14,799 nt of DNA from Myxococcales bacterium (GCA_038320275.1 JBBQEB010000095.1:1-14799); one strand, 5' to 3'. Counted from the stretch's first letter, positions 7,082 to 14,799 are shown. Made by a program: numbers and translations. Notes: generated by a model not told the origin, from the letters alone.

Positions 7082-8047
7082 ATGGCAAAGGGGTCTAGGA
7101 TCAACCCCCCGGACGCTCAGCCCTCGAGGAGGCCTTCACTGTCGACTGGAGCGCGCAATCTCAAGAAGCGACTGGGCGAGCTCCTCATCGAGGCGGGCGT
7201 CATCGACGCGACCCAGCTCCACGTCGCCCTCGCCCACCAGCGGCGCTGGGGAGGCAAGCTGGGACAGGTGCTGCAAGATCTCAAGCTCGCGAGCGAGGGG
7301 CAGGTGCTCTCGATCCTCTCGCGCAAGCTCGAGTGCGACGTCGCGGACGTGGCCCAGATCCAGCGGACGCCCGCCCTCGACGCCGCGCTGGCGCTCGTTC
7401 CGCGCGAGCTGGCGGAGCGCGACGCCGTGCTGCCCATCGCCGCCGACGCGAGCACGCTCACGGTGGCCATGGCCGACCCGCTCAACATGTCGGTGGTGGA
7501 CGAGCTTTCCTTCCGGGCCGGCCGCCGGCTGCGCGTCGCCATCGCCGGCGAGCGGGCCATCGCCGAAGCCATCGCCCGGCTCTACGCCACCCCCTCGACA
7601 CCCTTCGACCCCATCGCGTTCGACGAGGCGAGCGACATCCCGGTGGAGACGACGCGCGACCCCTTTGCCGCGCTTCCGGACGACGTGCGCGCGCGCTACT
7701 TCTCCCCGCGCCCGGCCGATCCCTCCGCTTCCCTCCCGCTGGGCCGCATCCAAGGGCTCGGGCCGGCCAGTCCGGACCCGGCGCCCGCCGGCGAGGATCT
7801 CGACGACTTCGAGGACCTCGAGGTGCCCCCCGACCTCGAGGTCGGCCCGGCTTTCCCGACGGGGCCTGGCGCGCGCGACGAGCCCGACCGCGAGCGGGTG
7901 CTGGACGCCCTCGACGACCTGGCCCAGGGGCGCGACAGCGAGCTCCTCACCCCGGGCCAGCTCGCGGCCGCGCTGGCGCGCCTCCTTCTGCAGCGGGGGC
8001 TCCTCACCGAGGCCGAGCTCGTGGCCGAGCTGCTGCGGGGAGGATGA
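7082..8047 (+). CDS. Stand-alone MshEN / GspE N-terminal domain protein (candidate c-di-GMP receptor), no ATPase domain
   Basis: RLGELLIEAGVIDATQLHVALAHQ fits RLGxxLLxxGLIxxxxLxxxLxxQ; second repeat KLGQVL; LVPRELAER..VLPI...LTVAMADPLN T2SSE_N segment; acidic linker; no Walker A. The true start may be CTG 7139. Confidence 0.87.
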   Translation: MAKGSRINPPDAQPSRRPSLSTGARNLKKRLGELLIEAGVIDATQLHVALAHQRRWGGKLGQVLQDLKLASEGQVLSILSRKLECDVADVAQIQRTPALDAALALVPRELAERDAVLPIAADASTLTVAMADPLNMSVVDELSFRAGRRLRVAIAGERAIAEAIARLYATPSTPFDPIAFDEASDIPVETTRDPFAALPDDVRARYFSPRPADPSASLPLGRIQGLGPASPDPAPAGEDLDDFEDLEVPPDLEVGPAFPTGPGARDEPDRERVLDALDDLAQGRDSELLTPGQLAAALARLLLQRGLLTEAELVAELLRGG

Positions 8048-8086
8048 CGGGCGCGGCCGTGCGCTGCTCGCACCGGCCGCTGCCCG
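8048..8086 (+). terminator. Strong GC hairpin immediately after the MshEN gene stop
   Basis: CGGGC-GCGGCCG-TGCG / CTGCT loop / CGCA-C-CGGCCGC-T-GCCCG (16 bp with two bulges); no U-tract. Confidence 0.45.
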
Positions 8087-8313
8087 CGCAGGCCCCGGGA
8101 CGGAAGCGTCGGCCCGATCGGGCCGAGCGAGATGAAGCCGGTCAGCCCTGGCATCTTCGGCGAGAGCTTGCCGGGTGGGATGAAGCTGCCTGGGATGCAG
8201 GTCTCGCCCTCGCGCGGTTCACCTGAAACGCATCGTCGCGCACCCCTGAGACGGCGCGTGCCAGGAGGCGCGCGGCGTCCGACTGCCCCCGTGTGGTTTC
8301 GGCCCATTGCGAA

Positions 8314-8329
8314 CGGCACGGCGCGTGCG
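8314..8329 (+). promoter_or_regulatory. Putative sigma54 (-24/-12) promoter
   Basis: CGGCACG-GCGC-GTGCG versus consensus TGGCACG-N4-TTGC; GG-N10-GC spacing exact; about 45 bp upstream of ATG 8374 in a 326-bp intergenic region. Confidence 0.65.
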
Positions 8330-8373
8330 AGGCGTTGGGGAACGCATCGGCCCGAACAGCGCGAGGAGAGACC

Positions 8374-9270
8374 ATGACGACGATGAAGAGGACCTGCCTC
8401 GAAGTGGCGCTCGTGGTCGGGCTCGCCTCCGGGCTCGCTCGCGCGGGCGACACGCAGCTGAAGCCCTTCGTGCTCGCCTACCGGAGCACGGGCGATCTCG
8501 CCCGGGCGGCGGAGGAGGCGAAGGCCAAGCTGATCGCGGCCGGTTTCGAGGTGGCGGGGACCTACGCGCCGTACGAGGACGCCGTCATCGTGGCGGTGAC
8601 GAGCGCCGAGCTGAAGGCTGCGGCGGCGAAGAGCAAGTTCAGCGCCTACGCCGCGGCCCAGCGCGTCACCCTCACGCGCGTGGGCGACGAGATCCAGGTC
8701 GCCTACACCAACCCGGTCTACATGCAGCACGCCTATCGCATGAAAGGCGATCTGGCTCCGGTCGCGGCCAAGCTCGAGGGCGCGCTCGGCCGCGTCCAGG
8801 CGTTCGGCTCCGACGAGGGAAAGACCGCCGAGGAGTTGCGCGACTACCACTACATGGTGGGCATGCAGAAGTTCGACGCCCCGTCGCTGCTCGGGCGCTT
8901 CGACAGCCACTACAGCGCCGTGAAGGCGGTCGAAGCCGGCCTCGCGGCGGGGAAGGGCGGGGCCAAGATCGTCTACCAGGTCGACGTCCCCGCCACCAGC
9001 GAGACGGTGTTCGGAGTCGCGCTCCGCGAGGGCTGCAGCGGCGACGAGCACATCATGAAGGAGATCGACTTCAAGCCCCTCCGCTCCACGGGGCACCTGC
9101 CGTACGAGATCCTGGTGTCGGGCCCCGACGTCTTCGCGCTCTACGGGCGCTTCCGCATCGCGATCAACTTCACCGATCTGAAGATGATGGGATCCCACAG
9201 CTTCATGAACATCCGCTGCGCGCCCGGTGCCATCGAGGAGGCGCTGAAGAAGGTCGCCTCGCCGATGTAG
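8374..9270 (+). CDS. Exported hypothetical protein, probably two tandem DUF302-like domains
   Basis: GAGGAG SD, signal peptide MTTMKRTCLEVALVVGLASGLARA, strong GC3 bias. The halves 'AEEAKAKLIAAGFEV...RVTLTRVGDEIQVAYTNP' and 'AVKAVEAGL...HLPYEILVSGPDVFAL' each resemble the DUF302 pattern. The CDS is solid; the domain call is tentative. Confidence 0.8.
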   Translation: MTTMKRTCLEVALVVGLASGLARAGDTQLKPFVLAYRSTGDLARAAEEAKAKLIAAGFEVAGTYAPYEDAVIVAVTSAELKAAAAKSKFSAYAAAQRVTLTRVGDEIQVAYTNPVYMQHAYRMKGDLAPVAAKLEGALGRVQAFGSDEGKTAEELRDYHYMVGMQKFDAPSLLGRFDSHYSAVKAVEAGLAAGKGGAKIVYQVDVPATSETVFGVALREGCSGDEHIMKEIDFKPLRSTGHLPYEILVSGPDVFALYGRFRIAINFTDLKMMGSHSFMNIRCAPGAIEEALKKVASPM

Positions 9271-9273
9271 GGG

Positions 9274-9318
9274 GGACGTGCAGGACCCATCGACTGCGTT
9301 GCGTCCACCGGACCGGTG
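9274..9318. terminator. Imperfect hairpin plus short palindrome between convergent genes
   Basis: GGACG-TGCAG...CTGCG-TTG-CGTCC (9274-9306) and CACCGG-A-CCGGTG (9306-9318); no U-tract. Confidence 0.25.
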
Positions 9319-9324
9319 AGCTCT

Positions 9325-9708
9325 TCAGTTCAACGTGCCGGGCGTGACGAGCGCGAACGGTGCGATGGTCGCCTCGAAGGACGACCCGTTGTCGCGCACC
9401 ATGCGGTAGCTCCCGCGCATGGAGCCGTGCGGCGTCCGCAGGACGCAGAAGCTGGAGTACTGGAAGCGCTCGCCCGCGGCGAGGCGGGGCTGCTGGCCGA
9501 CCACGCCGTCGCCCACCACCTCCTCGGAGTCGCCGCGCGCGTCGGTGATGATCCAGTGCCTCGCGAGGAGCTTGGCCGCGACCTTCCCCTCGTTCGAGAC
9601 GACGACCGTGTAGGTGAACAGGTAGCGCCCCGCCTGCGCCGACGACCTGTCGGGGCGGAACTCGCTCTTCACCTGCACGCGGATGTCTTCGGTGACGGCA
9701 ATGGACAC
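9325..9708 (-). CDS. apaG: ApaG (CorD) protein
   Basis: 127 aa; YLFTYTVVVSNEG...KLLARHWIITDARG..EEVVGDGVVGQQPRL..GERFQYSSFCVLRTPHGSMRGSY; GTG start. Confidence 0.95.
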   Translation of the reverse strand: MSIAVTEDIRVQVKSEFRPDRSSAQAGRYLFTYTVVVSNEGKVAAKLLARHWIITDARGDSEEVVGDGVVGQQPRLAAGERFQYSSFCVLRTPHGSMRGSYRMVRDNGSSFEATIAPFALVTPGTLN

Positions 9709-9749
9709 GGCCCACCGTTATAGGGTTTCGCCCCGCGGTACGCCCGACC

Positions 9750-10568
9750 ATGGAACCCGAGCTCGCCCGCATCCTCGAAGACGTTCGCAAGGAGGGCGGC
9801 CCCGTCGTGGCGCTCACGGGTGCGGGCATCTCCGCCGAGAGCGGCATTCCCACCTTCCGCGGCGCCGAGGGCTACTGGGTGTTCGGGTCGAAGAACTACA
9901 TGCCCCAGGAGATGGCCACCCAGGCCATGTTCCAGCGCGCGCCGGAAGAGGTCTGGCGCTGGTACCTGTACCGCTTCGGCATCTGCCGCCACGCACATCC
10001 CAACGACGGGCACCGCGCGCTGGTCGCCCTCGACCGGGCGCTGGGCGAGCGGTTTCACCTCGTCACGCAGAACATCGACGGGCTCCACCTGCGCGCCGGG
10101 GCGACCCCAGAGCGCACCTCGTCCATCCACGGCGATGCGGCGTTCGTGCGCTGCGCCCGGGAGTGTTCGCCCCACAAGCTGCCTCTCCCCGACATGGGCC
10201 GCCGCGACGCCGCGGCGCCCTTCACTGCCGCCGACCGGGCGGAGCTGTCCTGCCCCCGCTGCGGCGGGTGGCTCCGGCCGCACGTGCTCTGGTTCGACGA
10301 GTGCTACGACGAGGAGAACTACCGGATGGACACGGCGCTGCGGGCCGCCTCGCGCGCGTCCCTCCTCCTGGTGGTGGGAACGAGCGGCGCCACCAACCTG
10401 CCCATGCAGATCGGCTCCCTGGCCTACCGCCGCGGAATCGCCCTGGTGGACGTGAATCCGGACGAGAATCCCTTCTCGGAGCTCTGCCGGCGGAGCCCGA
10501 GAGGCTTCTTCGCCCGCGGAGCGGCCGGGGAGCGGCTCCCGGAGATCACGCGGGCGCTCGGAGCGTGA
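9750..10568 (+). CDS. cobB: NAD-dependent protein deacylase, Sir2/CobB family
   Basis: LTGAGISAESGIPTFRG, VTQNIDGLH, catalytic IHG, Zn ligands CAREC...CPRC, LRPHVLWFDE, VGTSG, VNP. Confidence 0.93.
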   Translation: MEPELARILEDVRKEGGPVVALTGAGISAESGIPTFRGAEGYWVFGSKNYMPQEMATQAMFQRAPEEVWRWYLYRFGICRHAHPNDGHRALVALDRALGERFHLVTQNIDGLHLRAGATPERTSSIHGDAAFVRCARECSPHKLPLPDMGRRDAAAPFTAADRAELSCPRCGGWLRPHVLWFDECYDEENYRMDTALRAASRASLLLVVGTSGATNLPMQIGSLAYRRGIALVDVNPDENPFSELCRRSPRGFFARGAAGERLPEITRALGA

Positions 10569-10614
10569 GACCGGGCGACACGCCCCCCGCCGCCCCCGTC
10601 CCAAAAGCGAAGCC

Positions 10615-11634
10615 TCACAGCCGCGCCAGGATCTCTAGGGCCATCCTGGCGGCCGGCGCCTCGGCCGTGGCGAGCCCCGCCTCGAAGACCGCGCGCGGCA
10701 TGCCGTAGATGACGCAGCTCGCCTCGGTCTCGGTGAGGATGGTCGCCCCCGCTGCCCGGAGCAGCTTGGCTCCCGCGAGACCGTCCTCGCCCATCCCGGT
10801 GAGGACCACGGCGAGCGTCGCCGCGCCGGTCGCCTGCGCCGCCGACGCGAAGAGCACGTCCACCGCCGGGCGATGAGGCGTGGTGGCCGGCTCTCGGTCC
10901 AGCCGGGCCGCAAGCCGAGAACCGCGCGCCTCGATCACCAGGTGGAGCCCCGCCCTGGCGATGGTGACCACGCCGGGCTCGAGGATGGCGCCGTCCACCG
11001 CCTCGCGGACGGCGATGGCGCAGTCGCGATCGAGCCGCTCGGCGAAGGGCGCCGTGTACCCGGGCGGCAGGTGCACCACCACCGCCGCCGGCACGGGCAG
11101 GTCGGCCGGGAGCGCCTTCAGGATCCGCGTCACCGCCTGCGGCCCGCCAGTGGAGGCTCCGATCAGGAGGAGGCGAGCCGTCGGAGGGCGTCCGCCACGG
11201 CGGAGGGGCGCCGGGCTGTCGACGAGAGGGGGCGAGGAGGCTCCGGCGGCGACCCGGACGGCGCGTACCAGCGCTGCCGCGAGCTCGTAGAGCCGGTCGG
11301 TCGCCAGCGCGGTCGGCTTGTGCACCAGCTCGATCGCCCCCGCCTGCAGCGCCGCGAGCCCCTGCTCGCTGTCGATCTCCGCCACGCTCACCACGACCAC
11401 TCGCGGACCGGCCTTGCCCGCGAGCTCGCGCAGCACGCCGAGGCCGTCGAGATTCGGCATGGAGAGGTCGAGCGTCAACACGTCGGGGGCGAGCTCGCCC
11501 ACCTTCTCCAGGGCCTCCAGCCCATCGCGCGCCGTCCCCACCACCTCGAGGTCGGGCTGGCCCGACAGCATCTCGCGCACCGCCTTGCGCGCGAACGCGG
11601 AGTCGTCCACCACCAGCACCTTGGTTCGCGTCAT
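10615..11634 (-). CDS. cheB: Chemotaxis response regulator protein-glutamate methylesterase CheB
   Basis: Receiver domain (VLVVDDS, TLDLSMP, KP) plus esterase triad motifs [21 protein letters not shown], and [16 protein letters not shown] 11634 overlaps the cheR stop (ATGA). Confidence 0.95.
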   Translation of the reverse strand: MTRTKVLVVDDSAFARKAVREMLSGQPDLEVVGTARDGLEALEKVGELAPDVLTLDLSMPNLDGLGVLRELAGKAGPRVVVVSVAEIDSEQGLAALQAGAIELVHKPTALATDRLYELAAALVRAVRVAAGASSPPLVDSPAPLRRGGRPPTARLLLIGASTGGPQAVTRILKALPADLPVPAAVVVHLPPGYTAPFAERLDRDCAIAVREAVDGAILEPGVVTIARAGLHLVIEARGSRLAARLDREPATTPHRPAVDVLFASAAQATGAATLAVVLTGMGEDGLAGAKLLRAAGATILTETEASCVIYGMPRAVFEAGLATAEAPAARMALEILARL

Positions 11635-12449
11635 CCCGCCGACCTGTACACGAAGGCGCCGCCGCGCTCCTCGCAGAGGAGGTTCGTGCCGAAGCGCAGG
11701 AGCGACTCGGAGGTCCCCACGAGGAGCCAGCCCCCCGGCGCCAGGATGCGGCCGAGCGCGTGGGCGATGCGGCGGGCCGTGTCGTCGGCGAAGTAGATGA
11801 GGACGTTCCTGCAGAGGATGGCGTCGCAGGGGCGGAGGCCGGCGAAGGAGGCGCGGTCGTTGAGGTTGACCCTGCGCCAGGCGATGGCTTCCACCAGCTC
11901 GCGCCGAGCCTCCACGCCCCCTTCCGCCGGCAGGAGCCAGCGGCCGAGAATATCGTCGGGCAGCGCCCGCAGGGAGCGCTGCCCGTACAGGCCGCGCTGG
12001 GCCCGCTCGAGGGCCGGCGCGCTGATGTCGCTCGCGACGAGCTCCACCGAGCCCAGCAGGCCGGCCTCTGCCAGCATCATGGCGAGCGTGAGAGGCTCCT
12101 CCCCGCGCGCAGCCGCGGCGCACCACACCCGCGGCCGGCGACCGCTGCGGACGGCAGGCTCGAGGTGCTCGCGGACCAGCACGCGCAGCGCGTCGGCCTC
12201 CCGGAAGAAGTAGCTCTCGTGGACGCAGAGCGACTCCACCAGGGCGTCCAGCTCGAGGGTGCCCACCGCGTCGTAGCGGAGGAAGTAATAGTAGTCGAGG
12301 AGCGAGCTGAACCCCGCCTCCACCGCCCGCGGCGTGACCTTGTCCGCGAGCAGCCCGCGGTCCTCGGGGCCGTAGTGCAAACCACTTCGATCCTCGATGA
12401 GGCCCGAGAGGATGGTGAACACCTGGGGGATGAGCGGGAGGCCGGCCAT
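11631..12449 (-). CDS. cheR: Chemotaxis protein methyltransferase CheR
   Basis: HESYFFRE, VWCAAAARGEEP, ASDIS, DAILCRNVLIYF, L.PGGWLLVG.SE. ATG 12449 overlaps the HEAT gene stop (TGATG). Confidence 0.93.
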   Translation of the reverse strand: MAGLPLIPQVFTILSGLIEDRSGLHYGPEDRGLLADKVTPRAVEAGFSSLLDYYYFLRYDAVGTLELDALVESLCVHESYFFREADALRVLVREHLEPAVRSGRRPRVWCAAAARGEEPLTLAMMLAEAGLLGSVELVASDISAPALERAQRGLYGQRSLRALPDDILGRWLLPAEGGVEARRELVEAIAWRRVNLNDRASFAGLRPCDAILCRNVLIYFADDTARRIAHALGRILAPGGWLLVGTSESLLRFGTNLLCEERGGAFVYRSAG

Positions 12450-14798
12450 CACCTTCCGAGCGCCGCCGCCGCAAGCCGCCGCACCTCGGCGTCCTGGTCG
12501 TGCTCGGCGGCCCGCGCCAGCGCCTCGCGAGCCTCGCCCCACTCCCGTGCGTCGAGCGCCGAGAGTGCCTCGGCGGCGGCCCTGCGGGCGACGGCGGAGG
12601 GCATCTCCAGCGCGCTCACCAGCGCCGCCCGGGCGTCCGCCCGCTTCATGCGGGCGAGCGCCGCCACGAGGGACTGGGCCAGCTCCGTGTCCGCCCCCTC
12701 CAGCGGCGCCAGGATGCCGGCGATGCGCCCCGGAGCCGGAAGCGACAGCGCTTCCAGCGCCCGGTCTCGAGAGGAGGCGCTCGCCAGCAGTCCGACCAGC
12801 ACGTGCGTCCCGCCGGCGCCGCTCCACTCGGCGAGCTTGGAGATGGCCGCCTCGCGGATGCCGTCGTCCTTGTCGCCCGCCGCCTGCGCGAGGACGAGGA
12901 GCACCTCCGGCGCCTCGTGCTCGGCCAGGGCCGAGAGCGCGATGAGCCGCGTGGCGCGCTCCGGAGCGCGTGCGGCCTCCACCAGGATGGGGATCGCGTC
13001 GGGCCGGCGGGACATGCCGAGCCCTACCAACGCGGCGCGCTGGATGTCCGGGTCCGCGGAGCGCGCCGCCTCGCGCAGCGCGCGTCCGGCCGCCTCGGCC
13101 CCGAGGTGGGCCAGGGACTCGACCGCCGCAACTCTCACCTGGCCGGCCGGGTGCTCCATGAGCCGCACGATGGCGCTCGCCGAGGCGTCGTCGCGCAGTT
13201 TCCCGAGCGACTGGCAGGCGTAATAGCAGACCCAGCCGTCCGGGTCGGAGAGGCCGACGCGGAGGGCTTCCAGCACCCGCGCTCCCGTCCCGGCCTGGCC
13301 CAGCGCCCGCATCGCGCTCGCGCGCGTGTGGGAGGAGGCGTGGCGCGTATTCTCCAGCAGGAGGTCGAGCGCGTGGGGGTCCTCGAGGTAGGGGAGCCCC
13401 GCGAGCGCAGCGTCGCGCAGTCGCTCGTCGTCGCCCCTCAAGGCGTCCCGCAGCGTCGCGAGGCCGCTCGCATAGCCGAAGAAGGCGATGATCCGCAGCG
13501 CTGCCCGCCGCACGATCGGATCGGAGGAGCGGGCCGCCTCCAGCGCGAGCCGCTCGGTGTCGGCGCTTCCGAGCGACTGGATGGCGCCCACCACGGCCTG
13601 GGAAGCCCCGAGGTCGCGGTCTCCCAGGTGGCGGAAGAGGATCGGGACGGCAGAAGGATCGCCGATCCGGGTGAGCACCTCGCATGCGGAGGCGCGGACC
13701 GCCGGATCCTCGTCCTCCAGGCAGAGCTGCGCCTCGCGAAGGGCGGAGCCGCGCCCCACGATGAGCGGCAGGAGGAGCAGCCGGCGGCCGCTGTCGCCGC
13801 GCTGAAGCGCCTCCAGGAGCGGACCGTCGATCTCGTGGCCGACCGACCGGAGCGCCTCGGCGGCGGCTGCGGGAACGGCGTCGAGCAGCGCGAGAAGAGT
13901 CGCGCTCGCCTCCTCGGCGCCGACCCAGCCCAGCACGCGGCAGAGCGCCCGCTGCTCGTCCGGCGACCCGCCCGCAACGCTCTGCGCTACTCTGCGGATG
14001 TCCACCTGCTGCGCCCGCGCCCGGACGAGCTTCTCCACGTTCGCGCCCGTGCCGAACTGACGCTGGAGCGCATCATGGACCTCGGCGATGGCGAGCGCCG
14101 CCGCCCGAACCAGGGCGTCGGCGGGCCGGTGGAGCTGCGCGAGCAGCGGGGCTACTGCCGTCACCTGGCCGGAGCGGCCGAGGGCCCGGGCCGCCTCCGG
14201 ACCGTAGAACGGGCTGTCCAGGAGCGCCGCAAGAGGAGCGACGGCCCGCGGATCGCCGGTCCGGCCGAGCACGTCGATGGCCGGGAAGGTGCGGAAGAAG
14301 CTCCCGCTAGCCACCGTGGCGAGGAGCGCGTCGACCGCGGCGCGCCCGCCGATCCTCCCCAGCGCCTCGATGGCGGCGACCGCCACGTTGTCGTCCTCGT
14401 GGGTGGTGAGCCGGGTGAGGAGCGGTACCGCGCCCTCGCTCCTGCGGCGCCCCAGCACCTGCGCCGCGTCGCACACGGCGTGGGGGTCGGCAGCCTCGAT
14501 TGAGGCGGGCCACCGGGCCATCCACCTCGCCCCGGCTCGCGACGAGCGCATCGACCGCCGCGGCGAGCCGCGCCTCGTCGTCGCGCGCGTGGTCCAGGAT
14601 CTCGCAGAGCGGGCCCACGGCCGCATCGCCGGCGCGCGCCAGCGCGGCGACCACGGTCCGCCGCACGGCCCAGCTCCGGTCGGTGAGCCCCTCCAGCAGG
14701 CGCGGGAGCCCGCCCTCTCCGGCGGCCGCGGCGGCGTCGACCTCGGCGACCCGACGCTCGTCCTCGGGCGAGAGCGACACGGGCGCTCTCGGGGTCAC
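12449..14798 (-). pseudogene. HEAT/PBS-lyase repeat protein (Cpc7-like), interrupted by a single +1 frameshift at about 14500 (mutation or sequencing error)
   Basis: Frame from GTG 14798 (...LTDRSWAVRRTVVAALAR...GPVARL) and frame ending at 12449 (IEAADPHAVCDAAQVLG...many VR.AA..ALG repeats) are joined by CGC CTC A ATC GAG on the - strand. Removing one A gives a continuous 782-aa ORF. Confidence 0.82.
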
Positions 14799-14799
14799 A

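Noticed and set aside
8087..8110. CAGGCCCCGGACGGAAGCG resembling the SRP RNA core CAGG-UCC-GGAA-GGA-AGCA
   Set aside because: The loop is not GNRA, the stem register is off by one, and the flanks do not form the long SRP helix.
8132..8377. 81-aa ORF overlapping the ATG of the exported protein (ATGA)
   Set aside because: Poor codon bias, no SD, Arg/Pro-rich, and it runs across the sigma54 promoter and enhancer-like sites.
9750..10568. Sir2 gene as an anti-phage NADase (Thoeris/DSR type)
   Set aside because: It has the Zn-binding module and the size and motifs of a housekeeping CobB deacylase; no defence partners nearby.
11635..13685. Long N-terminal extensions on CheB (ORF 10615..12474) and CheR (ORF 11631..13685) suggesting novel fusions
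   Set aside because: The extensions are Arg/Gly/Pro-rich off-frame readings of the upstream genes; the real starts are the stop-overlapping ATGs at 11634 and 12449.
12500..14503. 667-aa + strand ORF and other long antisense ORFs (1405..2562, 7696..9198, 4512..5657)
   Set aside because: Expected stop-free antisense frames in very GC-rich coding DNA; no recognisable domains.

Overview
Very GC-rich bacterial chromosomal DNA; gene content (DUF4388, stand-alone MshEN/GspE-N, HEAT-CheR-CheB) suggests Myxococcota, Anaeromyxobacter-like (inference). Left to right: a partial DUF4388 gene (- strand, absent from the ORF track), a TlpA-type thiol-disulfide oxidoreductase, then a tightly packed 8-gene + strand run (Ord/amine-dehydrogenase-like oxidoreductase, HadA-like and HadB-like MaoC proteins, TatT-like TPR protein, LolB/DUF4292-like lipoprotein, ExbB/TolQ, ExbD/TolR, ATPase-less MshEN protein). 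These are followed by an exported tandem DUF302-like protein behind a sigma54-like promoter, apaG, a divergent sirtuin (cobB), and the 3' end of a Che7-like chemosensory operon (HEAT-repeat gene with a +1 frameshift, cheR, cheB). I saw no mobile element, CRISPR array, tRNA or rRNA. The best candidate for an undescribed system is the 1462-8047 cluster, in which several members carry non-canonical key residues. All family assignments come from motif recognition by eye, not database searches.
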